A stretch of 37,657 nt of DNA from Trichomonas gallinae (Eukaryota). The notes below the pieces were generated by a model. That model was not told the DNA's origin. It did no database searches and saw only the letters and a list, made by a program, of their open reading frames with translations. Made by a program: the position numbers and the translations under genes. Location of the stretch: assembly GCA_008369845.1 (NCBI GenBank), contig MRSU01003204.1:1-37657 (forward strand), read 5' to 3'. Shown here piece after piece: positions 21,877 through 33,144 of this stretch; position 1 is the stretch's first letter; every line of letters begins with the position of its first letter.

Positions 21877-22448
21877 CTCACTCTTCGCAGTTTCTAAAAA
21901 AAGATGTAATCTTCATTGAATGTCACTTTTTTAAAAATTGAGCCCCGCCCCTAAAAATGACAGAATAAAAACTTTATTCGTACTGCTTTGATGTTTAACG
22001 TATCCATAGTTGACACATAATGTTTTGTACCACCTATTGATGCGTCTGACATCGAAACAAATTGATAAATTGATTCTCATTCTGAGAAGGATAATTGTGT
22101 AAGCTCCCATTCTCAAATAGTACAAGAACACCACTGATTTATTGCACTTCTTGAGACTGAAAGCTGACCAAAATCCCATTCTTTAAGGTGCAAAATTCGA
22201 TGCACCTCCTTATTAAATTTTTGACATTTTTAATATCCCAATATCTGTAAAGTTTCAAATTTGATAATTGTCAAATCCTTCTTTCCTGTTTTCAAATGTA
22301 TTTTACAATAAATATCAAAAAATATCTGACAAATAAAGTTTTTAGTGTCAAAACACACCTGGTTAAGAATATTAGACCCTAATTATATTTTCAAATTTTA
22401 GGATCAAATCGGACTCTTTTTTAAACTCTCTGATTCTTAAATATATAA

Positions 22449-23027
22449 ATGAATTTTGACATTGAAGAAGAAAGCCTGCAAATGAATATAAGCAGCATAA
22501 TGTCATTATTGAAAGAATCAGAGAATACAACTGGAAACGAAATAATTGATATTATTCACCGCGCCGAGAATGAAATCATCCAAACAGAAACGGCAATAAA
22601 TGAATTAAAGAGCAGTATATTACTATTTGCTCCTGATAATATTGATTCTGCTTTAGAAAAAGTAAAACAAATCGAGAAAAAACTATCAGATTTAAAATCA
22701 AGAGCTCATTTATTAAGGCTAAGACATCCAGTAATGCCTAAACCAGCTTCAGCACCAAATTTACAAGATGTCCAATTAGCCAGCTTGATTTCAATAGAAA
22801 ATCTTAAGAAATCATCAGAAATTGGGGTCTCTACTCTTGTATCATTACGTGAATCACATCAATTGTTAGAAAGATCAAGCGATAATATAAGTTATATGAA
22901 AATGGCAGTAACAGAGACAGAAACACAGGTTTCTCTTCTAGACAAGATTAATGCAATTACCAAAAAGATTCTTTTGGTTGTTATTGCACTTGAAATAATT
23001 TGTATAATCATATTGTTAATTTTTTAA
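22449..23027 (+). CDS. Qb-SNARE-like (Vti1/membrin-type) tail-anchored protein
   Basis: N-terminal helical bundle, heptad region (IENLKKSSEIGVSTLVSLRESHQLLERS...), terminal TM (ILLVVIALEIICIIILLIF). Confidence 0.6.
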   Translation: MNFDIEEESLQMNISSIMSLLKESENTTGNEIIDIIHRAENEIIQTETAINELKSSILLFAPDNIDSALEKVKQIEKKLSDLKSRAHLLRLRHPVMPKPASAPNLQDVQLASLISIENLKKSSEIGVSTLVSLRESHQLLERSSDNISYMKMAVTETETQVSLLDKINAITKKILLVVIALEIICIIILLIF

Positions 23028-23121
23028 ATAAATTATTGAATACCATGTTTGTTATTCAATTTCATGAACCTCTTAGATATCCTAGGGTTATTCAATTTCT
23101 CAAATTTAAAAAAAAAAAAGC

Positions 23122-23187
23122 TAACCATGTAAACATTATAAAGAATTTCATGAAATATGAGGTTTTGAATCAAGAAAAATAACAACT
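23122..23187 (+). repeat. 66-bp dispersed repeat, copy 1
   Basis: 62/66 identical to 35638-35703. Confidence 0.9.
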
Positions 23188-23827
23188 ACTGTTTAAATAA
23201 AAATTCTTAATATAAGATACTACTATAATCAGGTAAGTATTTTAGCATGTCATTAAGAACTTTATTTCTGCAGTTATTTTTTTGCTATTAACTGTTGTCA
23301 AAAAACTGATTTTTATGAAAAAGAATAACCAGCATTTCTCAAATACGTTTTAATATATAGGTTAATTGTATGTAAAATACGTGTTCATTGATACTTTGTG
23401 TTGTACTTTAGCGTAAATAATATAAATTGTGGAAAAATGGATTTTTTTGGCATTATATTAATAACTTGCATACATATATGGAGCAAATGAAGTGGTAAAG
23501 GCTTTATATCGTATTTGAGTGGTGCTGCTGTATTCAAAATGCATATTTTTAATATAATGATACGAATAATCTGAATTGACTTAGCTAGGTTCGATACAAT
23601 ATAATAGATATTGTTATCCATGCCATAGTAACATGTTTGTGGGTGTTAAACTGAGATTGTCGCGCTTTTTACCTGAGTGCGAAGTTAATTTTTAAAGTGA
23701 AAAATACTCTTAAAATTTTTTATATTAAAAAATATGATATATGGTTAGAAAATGCCATATTTAAAAAAAATCATAATATTTTGATGTAAACAATTAAAAA
23801 AAGTGCACGTTTTTCGAAAAAAATCAG

Positions 23828-24880
23828 ATGCAACAAGAATTTAGTAGTAAAGGTTTAGAAGGGTCGACTTTTCTCAATAGGTACGTCGCCAGAAAACACC
23901 TTGGTGGAGGTAGTTTCGGTGATGTTTACGAAGCTGAAGATTTGGAAGAGCAATCTCTTGTTGCTTTAAAATTTGAAACAGGAAACTCTGTTAATCCGCA
24001 GCTACCTAATGAATACAAATGTTATATTGCTTTGCAAGGCAGTCCTAACATTCCAAGAGTTTATGGATTATTCGATTACAAAAAATCGCAATTCCTTGTA
24101 ATGGAGCGCATGGGAGCTTCCCTGGAGTCACTCTTCAAACGAAACGGAAAACGATTTTCTCTTAAAACGATTTGTATGATTGGCGATCAACTTTTTCGCT
24201 GCATTGAGTACATACACAGATCAGGCATACTCCATAGAGACATTAAACCGCATAATTTCTTGATTGGAGTTGGAGAAAACAGAAAAAGAATTTATGCAAT
24301 CGATTTTGGCGTTTCTACTCGTTATATCGATCCAAAAACCAAAGAACACCAGATATATTCACCAAATAACGGCCTTATTGGCACTGTACATTACGTTTCC
24401 GTTAATACTCATCTTGGCGAAACTCAATCAAGACGTGACGATCTTGAAAGTATCGCCTACGTTCTTATTAGATTCTTAAGGGGTAGCTTACCATGGCAAA
24501 ACATGAAAATTAAGGATCCTGATGAAAGGCAAGAGAAGATTTCACAAATGAAAATGCAAACTACAGCAGAACAGTTATGTTTCGGAATTCCTATCGAATT
24601 CAAGCAGATATACGAATATATTCGCCATTTAAGATACGATGAAGCGCCAAGATATAGTTATCTTCGCGGGTTACTTCAAAATCTATTTAATAAGCACGGT
24701 TTTATCAATGATGGTGTCTATGACTGGGATAATGAAGCCTCAATTCATCGTCCTTTGCCATCTACTTATTTAATTCGATCAGCTACAGCATTCATCAAGC
24801 AGAATGAAAGGAAAATCAAGCCAAGAAATGAACGCTTCAAAATGCTGCGAAAAAGAAGAATTTTCTATAATGAAAATTAA
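23828..24880 (+). CDS. Casein kinase 1 family kinase
   Basis: LGGGSFGDVY, HRDIKPHNFL, IDFG, GTVHYVSVNTHLG, QSRRDDLES, LPWQ, YDWD. Confidence 0.95.
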   Translation: MQQEFSSKGLEGSTFLNRYVARKHLGGGSFGDVYEAEDLEEQSLVALKFETGNSVNPQLPNEYKCYIALQGSPNIPRVYGLFDYKKSQFLVMERMGASLESLFKRNGKRFSLKTICMIGDQLFRCIEYIHRSGILHRDIKPHNFLIGVGENRKRIYAIDFGVSTRYIDPKTKEHQIYSPNNGLIGTVHYVSVNTHLGETQSRRDDLESIAYVLIRFLRGSLPWQNMKIKDPDERQEKISQMKMQTTAEQLCFGIPIEFKQIYEYIRHLRYDEAPRYSYLRGLLQNLFNKHGFINDGVYDWDNEASIHRPLPSTYLIRSATAFIKQNERKIKPRNERFKMLRKRRIFYNEN

Positions 24881-25167
24881 TGTTTGTTGTTATTGTTTAA
24901 AATTTCATGTATTATTGTTTATATTTTGACAACAATATATGATATCTTATAGGAATTTGAGTAAGTATCACTAATTCTTCACAATTAATATATTTCTAGT
25001 ATTGACTATAACAATCAATGAATAAATGAAAGTATAGGGTATATATACATGCCACAAATATAGAATACCGAAATTATGCAAATTATAAGATTAATAAAAA
25101 AAAAAATCAAATAACTAATAAAGAACAATTTACAAAACAAAAATATAACGCGCAAAATAAACAAAAA

Positions 25168-26376
25168 TCACATCCACCTTGGCAAAAGAGGTGGATCTCT
25201 TTCAACAAATCTTTTGAAATATATATCTGTGTAAAACAGAGATTCTTGGGTCGGCTTTTTCGGTAAATTCTTGTAGACAAAGTAGATGAAAAATGGAAGA
25301 ACAATTGCATTAAGAATTGCCAAAGTGAAAATTGCTTTTCCACCTTCTGTCTTGATAAACCTTTGGAAAGCATTGTCATATGTTTTATTGTAGTAGCATA
25401 TATTTTCGAAATGAACAGGAAAAGAAGGTTGACGAGTTAAATTAGCATAATCAGTATAATGAATATTTCGAACACTCAGTCTTTTATCAAATGAACACTG
25501 CACACATGAAATGAATGAATTTGATGTGCAAAACTCGGAAACATTATTATTATAAAATGATGTGAAAAAAACTGCATTAGTTTTGTATGCAGGACAGTGG
25601 ATCAGCGTACATGCTGTATTATTGATGAAAGCTGATGTTGCTATGGTTAAAAATCCGTTTAAATCTGTTAAAATATTTCCTTTTTCATTGGTGTTAGAAA
25701 AAAACATCGTGTAAGAAAGAACTTCGGCAATACTTGTATCTAGTTGCAATGTAGGGAAAGAATTGTCATTCTTATTGTATGTAAAATTACATTGCGTTAA
25801 TTTCGAAAAAGGCATTGAAACTGATATCATTACGACGTTAGATGTAGATCTATCTTGATTTGGTTCCGCAGAAAAGTAATTTTGGTAATTTAATTGTGCA
25901 TAACACTCTAATTTAAGACATTGCGACAAAATTCCTGCTCTACATGAATCTATGCAGTTTGCATGTACAATTGTAATGTTGTTGTGGCAATAAATTGCAC
26001 CAGCGTTTTTTGCAGAAAAACAATCGAAGAATGTATTGTGTAATAGCGAAATATTCATGCGGGGGCAACACACACTGATGCCACCTCCATTTGAATACAT
26101 GTTATTGCAATTGTGAAAGAAACAAGATATAATATTTGCTGAATCTGTATTATCGAATGAATCTGTTTTCTTATAGTATATACTAATGAATCTAGCACCT
26201 GGAAAGTAATCTGAAGAGAAATTTGGAAGTGATGAGATATTTCCATAATCATCCCAGCCAAGTTGATTATTATCCGTATGCTTAATATTATCCAAGAAAC
26301 CATATGCACTATTTTCAACTTCTTGGAAATGATTTATCTCTATATCTTTCCATAAAATCAAGTTGAAAATTATCAT
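25168..26376 (-). CDS. Beta-helix (Pmp-like) single-pass membrane protein
   Basis: NGGGI/NAGAI and FxxN/FxxC repeats, C-terminal TM (AIFTLAILNAIVLPFFIYFVY). ORF track start is TTG; first ATG is 26376. Confidence 0.7.
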   Translation of the reverse strand: MIIFNLILWKDIEINHFQEVENSAYGFLDNIKHTDNNQLGWDDYGNISSLPNFSSDYFPGARFISIYYKKTDSFDNTDSANIISCFFHNCNNMYSNGGGISVCCPRMNISLLHNTFFDCFSAKNAGAIYCHNNITIVHANCIDSCRAGILSQCLKLECYAQLNYQNYFSAEPNQDRSTSNVVMISVSMPFSKLTQCNFTYNKNDNSFPTLQLDTSIAEVLSYTMFFSNTNEKGNILTDLNGFLTIATSAFINNTACTLIHCPAYKTNAVFFTSFYNNNVSEFCTSNSFISCVQCSFDKRLSVRNIHYTDYANLTRQPSFPVHFENICYYNKTYDNAFQRFIKTEGGKAIFTLAILNAIVLPFFIYFVYKNLPKKPTQESLFYTDIYFKRFVERDPPLLPRWM

Positions 26377-26516
26377 TAGAAAAAAATATAACCTTATCGC
26401 CAACCACAAAAAATTGCAAAGGTGACAGTCATTTTTGAAAAGTGATCACACTTTACAAAATAATCGATTATATGGAAAAGTGACAAATTTTACATTGCAT
26501 TTTTTTTTGACAAAGT

Positions 26517-27137
26517 TTGCTCGAATCTGCAGACGGTGGATGTAAAGATTATATTTGTTCGTTTCAGAGCGGCCAACGCGCTTTTTCTACTAAATATGTT
26601 CGACGTGGTCGCTGGTATTATGAGGTTACACATCACGGCGGCGATTTTATGTTTCATGCAGGATTTGAACCTGATAAATCAACATTTGGGTTTTCATTTT
26701 TCCCATACAAGATATCTCATCCGCCATTAGGTGATGCCACTCTAGATTACAATACAGATTTAATTTCAATTCCTAATATTCAAAAATTCGGTCGTATAAA
26801 TGCTACATCATTCTTTGAGAATCAAACATATGGTATTGGTTTTGATATTGAAACAAATTTGATTTTTATTCAATCTTTTCAAGAAATTCGTCGATATCAA
26901 TTCACGTTCGTATCTAAACATATATATAAATGGTATGCACGAGTTTATGAATCCACACCAGGTAATATAGTCTGCAAAGATAATTTTTCTGTCAATTTTG
27001 GCCAGAAACCATTTGTTTTAACTGTTCCATATGGATTCCAACCTTTTATTGAAGACTATAAAGATATATGCAAAACTATTAATTCAAAATATTGTTGTTT
27101 GAAAATATTCATGTTATATGCTATAATCATTATGTAG
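26517..27137 (+). CDS. SPRY-domain protein, copy 1 (no ATG at the start of the conserved frame)
   Basis: GRWYYEV, TYGIGFD, VNFGQKPF..VPYGFQP; frame begins at TTG, first ATG 26649. Confidence 0.7.
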   Translation: MLESADGGCKDYICSFQSGQRAFSTKYVRRGRWYYEVTHHGGDFMFHAGFEPDKSTFGFSFFPYKISHPPLGDATLDYNTDLISIPNIQKFGRINATSFFENQTYGIGFDIETNLIFIQSFQEIRRYQFTFVSKHIYKWYARVYESTPGNIVCKDNFSVNFGQKPFVLTVPYGFQPFIEDYKDICKTINSKYCCLKIFMLYAIIIM

Positions 27138-27332
27138 ATTGGTTTTTAATAAAATATTTGCTTGAAAACCTATTTAGAGTATAGTTATTTTTTTGTGATT
27201 TAGGCAGACATATATAGAAAACAATTTAGTTCTAAGCCAGATGATGAAGGTTTTGGAGTATTGCAGCGTGAATTCATTAGAACTGTTATATGTTATAGAT
27301 TTTTGACACTGTAAATTAATTTTGTCAGAAGG

Positions 27333-27977
27333 CTGCTCGAGTCAGCAGACAATGCTTGTAAAGATTCAACATGCTCGCTAGTAAGCGATCAAGTTGTTTT
27401 TTCTACAAAATATGTAAAGCGTGGACGCTGGTATTATGAAACTACACATATTAAAGGCGATTTTATGTATGCTGCGGGTTTTTCTTTTGATAAAAATGAC
27501 CGTGGAATCGCTTTTTTCCCATACAAAACACAAGTTGGTGCAAATGGAGATGCTACACTTTATTATCATCCAGATCTTTATAATTCATCAGAAATTAAAA
27601 CATATGGAAGACTTAATGCGTCATCATTCTTTGAAAAGCAGACATACGGAGTTGGAATTGATTTGGAGACTAATTTATTCTTTATTCAATCTTCACAAGA
27701 AATTAGACGATATCAATTCACTATCTCTAATAAACAATCGAAAAAGTGGTATGCATGGCTACTTGAATCAACTCCTGGCAGATTACTTGTGAAAGATACA
27801 TTTTCAGTTAATTTTGGACAGAAACCATTTTCTTTTAAACTTCCTTATGGATTTCAGCCTTTTATTGAAGAATATAAAGATATATGCAGAACTGTTCATT
27901 CAACATATTTTCAAAGCAATATATATCTTTTATTTGTCATTGTTGTTCTTGATTTTGAATCGTCATCTAATAACTAA
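27333..27977 (+). CDS. SPRY-domain protein, copy 2 (tandem paralogue)
   Basis: The frame extends upstream of ATG 27465 as LLESADNACKDSTCSLVSDQVVFSTKYVKRGRWYYETTHIKGDF, homologous to copy 1; begins at CTG. Confidence 0.7.
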   Translation: MLESADNACKDSTCSLVSDQVVFSTKYVKRGRWYYETTHIKGDFMYAAGFSFDKNDRGIAFFPYKTQVGANGDATLYYHPDLYNSSEIKTYGRLNASSFFEKQTYGVGIDLETNLFFIQSSQEIRRYQFTISNKQSKKWYAWLLESTPGRLLVKDTFSVNFGQKPFSFKLPYGFQPFIEEYKDICRTVHSTYFQSNIYLLFVIVVLDFESSSNN

Positions 27978-28398
27978 ATAATTTATATGCGAGTCAGTTT
28001 TAATTTAAGTTATATGATTTATTGATAAATAATAAGTTTGTTAAATCTTAATACAAATGATGTAAACTAATTGTTAACTCTTAATACTCTAAATTTAATA
28101 ATATTAATAATTGAAATATCTAAAATAAACATAATATCGATTTTGTTGTTATAAGCATAACAAATAGACTATAGTTGGATTGTATATTAAGTATATTGAT
28201 ATCTTTTAGAAGAAAATGAATTTTCAATTTTTGAATTTTATATATAAATCACTGAAAGATAAATGAATGACAGAATGTCTCTATTTATTGCAATTTCATA
28301 CTAATAACAGTCTATATTTATCTTTTTGAACATTTCTACTGAAATCTGACATGTAAAGCTGTATATTTCGCAAAAATCACTAAATTTTGCCACTTTTA

Positions 28399-29151
28399 AT
28401 GAAGGCTTCTGTCTCACGCAGAGATGTTTACAAAAAGACAGCTGTTGAAGAGGGCTGGAGAGCTCGTTCTGCGTATAAACTCATACAGGTTGAGTCAGAA
28501 ATGAATTTCTTAAAAACTTCAGATCGTGCAGTTGATTTATGCTCAGCTCCTGGCTCTTGGTCACAAGTTTGCGCTAAATTCATGCCAGATACACCAAATC
28601 GTAAAATAATTTCGATAGATTTGCGTAAAATTGTTCCGATTGAAGGAGTAACAGAGCTTCGTGGCGATATTACTGATGTTAAAACAGCAGAAAATGTTAT
28701 AAGTCTCCTAGATGGACAAAAAGCCGATGTTGTAATGGCAGATGGAGCTCCAGATACAATTATACGAATTGAATTCGATGAATACGTTCAACATAATATA
28801 GTTAAAGCATCGCTAGCAATTGCAACTATGGTGCTTCGTCCAGGAGGAACATTTGTTTCCAAAATATTCCGCACAAAATCTTTACCAAAACTTTTATCAA
28901 TTTTTGGATGCTTTTTCTCTAAAATTACAATGTGCAAACCACGAGCATGCAGATTATCGTCTGTTGAATCCTTTATTGTCTGTCAAGGATTTAAATTACC
29001 AGAAAAATATATTCCGACTTTATGCACAGATGATTTACCATCAGGACCTGTTCCTGAAGTTCCATTTAGAATGTGCGGTGATGTTAATGGATTGGATTCA
29101 GAAAGAACATATCCTTTGCATGATGATCAAATTGATCCAGAAGTTGACTAA
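28399..29151 (+). CDS. TRM7: FtsJ-family tRNA 2'-O-methyltransferase, Trm7/FTSJ1-like
   Basis: GWRARSAYKL, VDLCSAPGSWSQV, DGAPD, GGTFVSKIFR, SSVESF, DSERTY; K-D-K-E tetrad present. ATG at 28399 (track start is TTG). Confidence 0.88.
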   Translation: MKASVSRRDVYKKTAVEEGWRARSAYKLIQVESEMNFLKTSDRAVDLCSAPGSWSQVCAKFMPDTPNRKIISIDLRKIVPIEGVTELRGDITDVKTAENVISLLDGQKADVVMADGAPDTIIRIEFDEYVQHNIVKASLAIATMVLRPGGTFVSKIFRTKSLPKLLSIFGCFFSKITMCKPRACRLSSVESFIVCQGFKLPEKYIPTLCTDDLPSGPVPEVPFRMCGDVNGLDSERTYPLHDDQIDPEVD

Positions 29152-29564
29152 CATATTATATATAGGTATATTAGATGTTATATAAATCTGTTATATTTTT
29201 AAAAGATAATAACAACATTTTTTACAGAACAAAAAAATAATATATAAAGAACAATTATAATAGAATATATATAATATATCTTTGATAAGGGCTTAAATTT
29301 GCGAGAAGCTAAACTCAAATTCGATAATAACTGAATTCAATATTTCTATTAAGAAGTATAAACTATCTGAAAATTATATGTAGGCGTAGAAGTACTTCTG
29401 ATTATGACAATCATTCGAGATACGAAAATTTTTGATTTTTTTGTATTTTTGCTGCTAATAATTTGTAGTCAATTAAGTAACTGTTGCATGGTATTGATGT
29501 TCAAATAAATCGAATTGTAATAATATAATTTTGCCCTTTGATTATAACGAATCTATAATGAAAT

Positions 29565-29810
29565 TTATCTACGGTCCATATCTGATAATTCTAAGTCAAC
29601 AAATTCTGAACGCCCTAATATGTTAAGCGGATCACCGGTAATTCCAGTGACATGTTGCGGCAAAATAATTTTGTTTGGAATATCTTTCGGTTTTTCGATG
29701 GGTGGTTCAGGTTTTGGAGGTTCTGGGGGTGGAGCTGTTGAATTGGACTTTCGCGATTTACGTTTTTTATCCTCCATTGATGAACTAGACACATCGACTT
29801 CCTTGCACAT
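29565..29810 (-). CDS. Small proline/lysine-rich hypothetical protein
   Basis: 81-codon ATG ORF with GC above the flanks; TTTACATGTCA motif about 70 nt upstream. Confidence 0.5.
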   Translation of the reverse strand: MCKEVDVSSSSMEDKKRKSRKSNSTAPPPEPPKPEPPIEKPKDIPNKIILPQHVTGITGDPLNILGRSEFVDLELSDMDRR

Positions 29811-30715
29811 TTTTGATTTGAAAAAGTTGTACTTGACATATAAAATAATTAAATAATAAATTTCTGAAACCCGATAAGTTTACATGTCAAAATGACTCAA
29901 TTTTGATTGGAAAATTTTCTATGTTTAATATGAGTCGTTCGTTATAGATTTAGTTTCTCTCATGCTATTTTTGTGTATAGAATACTATCATGATTGCTTA
30001 CTAAGTAATCTCAATTCAAATCACCTACGTTTGTAGACATCGAACTTTAACCCGAAAAATTTTTGACAAATGTCAGATTTTGGTTATCAGCACCTTTTCT
30101 TGTTATATTATGTTTTCAAAATGTAGAAATCAAATGTGTCATCCAGGAATAAATAGATTGGGTAGGGCAGCTTTATGATAACCTTTTAATGAATGATGAT
30201 ATCTTGAGGAACTTCTTTTGATGCACAAACAAAAAATGTTGTATTGCTTTATATTTTGTTTGTGTTAACATCTATACAATGAACCGGGAGAATGAATTTT
30301 ATATAGAAGAGAAAAGTTAATCATAAGGATGCCTTAATAAACACAATTAATGTTTTAATTTTTGACAAGTGTCAAAAAATGGTATCTATATAATTATAAT
30401 AATATGCATCTTTGTTAAATAAAAAATCAATACATATACCAAAAGTGAAGACTTTCATTATAAAATGCTATGTAATTTTCATATCAAATTGAATTTTTAA
30501 GAAATATCTTCATAATTTTGGTTTCTCTTAAGATTATTGGCAATAGAACAAAGAATGACTTGGAATGCAGTCGTATAAACCTCATTACAAAGAATTGTGA
30601 AGTCAAACTGGAATTTTTAAACGTACACGATCTTTCGTTTTTTAGGATATTGTCCCAATGTTTATGCATATATCCAGAAAATGTTAATTATTTTTAATAA
30701 CATTTTTATTTAAAA

Positions 30716-31717
30716 ATGGCATCCATTGCAATTTGGGACTGCAACCAATGCCAGGCTTCAAATATCGAGTTTATTCAAAGCATATCCAGCACAACCAAAT
30801 CTAAATTAACAAAATTGTTCGTTTTTTCTAGGAATCAAACCAAAATTCCAGATGAAATTTTTAATCTTCAAGGAATTATCGAAACTGTCATAAGGTTCGG
30901 CGATATGGCATTCTACGATATAGTTGCGGATATTTTGTTGTTTACTTCCAAAAATAAAGAAATTAAGAACATTATTGTTGCATCTTCGAGCATAATGAGT
31001 TGGATTTCATTAATAGAGTCAGTAAATCCAAAGCAATTTTATTATTACACGCCACAAAATCAGCAAGAAGTCTTCGATCAAATCGGTTTTTCATTTTACA
31101 ATCAAAATAAGATAGTATATAACCAGTGGGTATATGGAGAAACAGTTGTTGATCAAAGTAATGATAAAGAATTGTTACAAACACAAAATTCGATGGAAGA
31201 AGATTTTGAAAATGCAGAAGTACAAGAAGAAAGCCAAAAACTAGTATCAAATAATGAACCTGTTGTTGAAGAAGAAGAAATCTTTCAAGATGAAGAATCA
31301 TATAATCAAAACTTTACAAGCTCACCAGGGTCAATTAAACCATTAACATCCATTGAAAACAATAATATTATCGATTTACGATCTCCAGTTGCAATGGATC
31401 GATCGATTGATCTCACATCAAAGTTTTCACCAACAACAACACCGAAAAGAGATCAAAAAGATGAAGAATATAATATACCAAGAGTATATCAACCTCTCAT
31501 TGAAGCTATGAAAGCAATTGGAAAGGCTATGATTCCATTGAATTCATTATCCGATGAATTCAAGAAAACATGCTCACAACTTGGTGTTGGCGAGCAAAAC
31601 ATCATGACAATCATCAACAAGGCTTCAGATGCAGGCCTCATCATTTTCGACAAAACAATTAACTATGTTCGATTCAGAGACAGAAAGATATCATTCAGTC
31701 AGATAACTTATATCTAA
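30716..31717 (+). CDS. NYN/PIN-like N-terminal domain plus C-terminal winged-helix-like domain
   Basis: IAIWDCNQC resembles AIFWDxENC; DIVADILLF resembles xIxxDMLxF; acidic linker; helical/wing C-terminus (YQPLIEAMK...ASDAGLIIFD). Confidence 0.55.
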   Translation: MASIAIWDCNQCQASNIEFIQSISSTTKSKLTKLFVFSRNQTKIPDEIFNLQGIIETVIRFGDMAFYDIVADILLFTSKNKEIKNIIVASSSIMSWISLIESVNPKQFYYYTPQNQQEVFDQIGFSFYNQNKIVYNQWVYGETVVDQSNDKELLQTQNSMEEDFENAEVQEESQKLVSNNEPVVEEEEIFQDEESYNQNFTSSPGSIKPLTSIENNNIIDLRSPVAMDRSIDLTSKFSPTTTPKRDQKDEEYNIPRVYQPLIEAMKAIGKAMIPLNSLSDEFKKTCSQLGVGEQNIMTIINKASDAGLIIFDKTINYVRFRDRKISFSQITYI

Positions 31718-32067
31718 CTCGTTTGTCTTAATGTATATATTTTGATTTTCGAAAATAAATTTCCTATTTTATTCAATTATTACGGTTAAATTGAAAATAA
31801 AGCCTATTTTAGTGGAGGCCATCTTGCATGTTAATCTAACTATATCATAATTATAAAATAAATTATATATTTTAAAAGATGCAGGGGAATAATAGGAAAG
31901 CATTTGATCTTCGCTTCATCACATGCTGCATGATTAAAAATTGCTGTGATTATTATTATTATTGCTGCATCACATTCAATGTTAATTAATGAATTTGCAT
32001 CTAATAATTTAAGTTATGATTCATCGTCGCTGTTTCGCTTGAGTTTTATACCTTTAGTGTGCATATG

Positions 32068-33144
32068 CTATCTCTTTTCGATGAAGTCTATCATTTCTTT
32101 CGATTGTTGCTTGTTCTTTAATACTCTTTGACAAGTAATTGCGTTCTTTTCTATGGCAAGCATCATATCTGCTTCTTTCGAACATATTTGTCTGAGATTT
32201 GCATTGATTTTTCGAATGTGATTCTTCCGTGCATCAGCACTTCTTTCTTTGGAAAGTTTTGCGTCTAAAACAAAATCTTTGTTCACTGTTTTTGGCTGAC
32301 ATTTGATGTTTCTCGTTGATATTTTTGGCTCTATTTCTGTATTTCTGAATGAGCGAAGTTCCAAAGCTCTTGTAATCAGTGGATTTGAGTCTTTGGATGA
32401 AAATAAAATTTGATTTCTATTTGTTCTAATATTTTGATGATGAAAATCATTTTTTATAATTCCTGCAAGATTCTGTTGATGTGCAGAATATGAATGTAGA
32501 TGCGGAAAACGATAAAAGTCTGTTTTTGGCAAAAATTTCGAAACATCTTGATGAAAAACTGTGTTTTCAGGAGTAAATCCAGACAATAAGTTTTGTGTTA
32601 CTTCTTCAGCTCTAAAAATAAACGTTAAGTTTTGATAAAACATTGATTCTGGAAATTCAATCATTACTATGTTTAAAAATAATAATACAGAAACTAGTGA
32701 CCAATTATATGAAAATTGATTCGCTGATTTGCGTATATCATCTAGAAGAATTAACCTAAATTGATAATATTTTAATGCAAGATTATCATAAACTTTGGAT
32801 TTCATTTGTGATATTTCGTCTGTTTCATGATATTGCTGTATAAAATTATATAATAGTATCCAAATAATATATTTTGTTGCTGAAAAAAGTTCATTTGAAT
32901 AATAAAGTGATTTTACATCGTTTCCTATCTTTCCATTATCCAATATTTTACCTAACAATGATTTAAAATCTTTTTCTACGTCAGTTTGTAAGTTATAAAA
33001 CTCAATTTCGTCTGAATTAAATGAAGATTTTAAAATTTGAACAATGAGATCACTCAAATCATGGTCAGCCCTAATAACTAACGAATTATCAGCATATGGT
33101 GCTAAAATGATATCAATATCTTTATCATCTAATTTATCAAACAT
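32068..33144 (-). CDS. FAM227 (FWWh)-like protein
   Basis: VYDNLALKY, EFPES, LLSG and SNPLI are ordered as I recall the FAM227 motifs (LFDRIA.NY, AFP.S, WLSG, SPLI). First ATG 33144 (track start is GTG). Confidence 0.5.
   Translation of the reverse strand: MFDKLDDKDIDIILAPYADNSLVIRADHDLSDLIVQILKSSFNSDEIEFYNLQTDVEKDFKSLLGKILDNGKIGNDVKSLYYSNELFSATKYIIWILLYNFIQQYHETDEISQMKSKVYDNLALKYYQFRLILLDDIRKSANQFSYNWSLVSVLLFLNIVMIEFPESMFYQNLTFIFRAEEVTQNLLSGFTPENTVFHQDVSKFLPKTDFYRFPHLHSYSAHQQNLAGIIKNDFHHQNIRTNRNQILFSSKDSNPLITRALELRSFRNTEIEPKISTRNIKCQPKTVNKDFVLDAKLSKERSADARKNHIRKINANLRQICSKEADMMLAIEKNAITCQRVLKNKQQSKEMIDFIEKR

Noticed and set aside
21663..22179. 92-aa and 82-aa ORFs around the double hairpin
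   Set aside because: One has a non-ATG start and neither has recognisable motifs; probably incidental.
22204..22212. Perfect Shine-Dalgarno TAAGGAGGT on the minus strand, partly in a small hairpin
   Set aside because: It lies about 25 nt from the next ATG, the context is eukaryotic, and one 9-mer is plausible by chance in this length of sequence.
23385..23634. Minus-strand 78-aa ORF and a stop-riddled frame beginning MLLWHG (PARP-like)
   Set aside because: No further PARP motifs; at best an unassignable relic.
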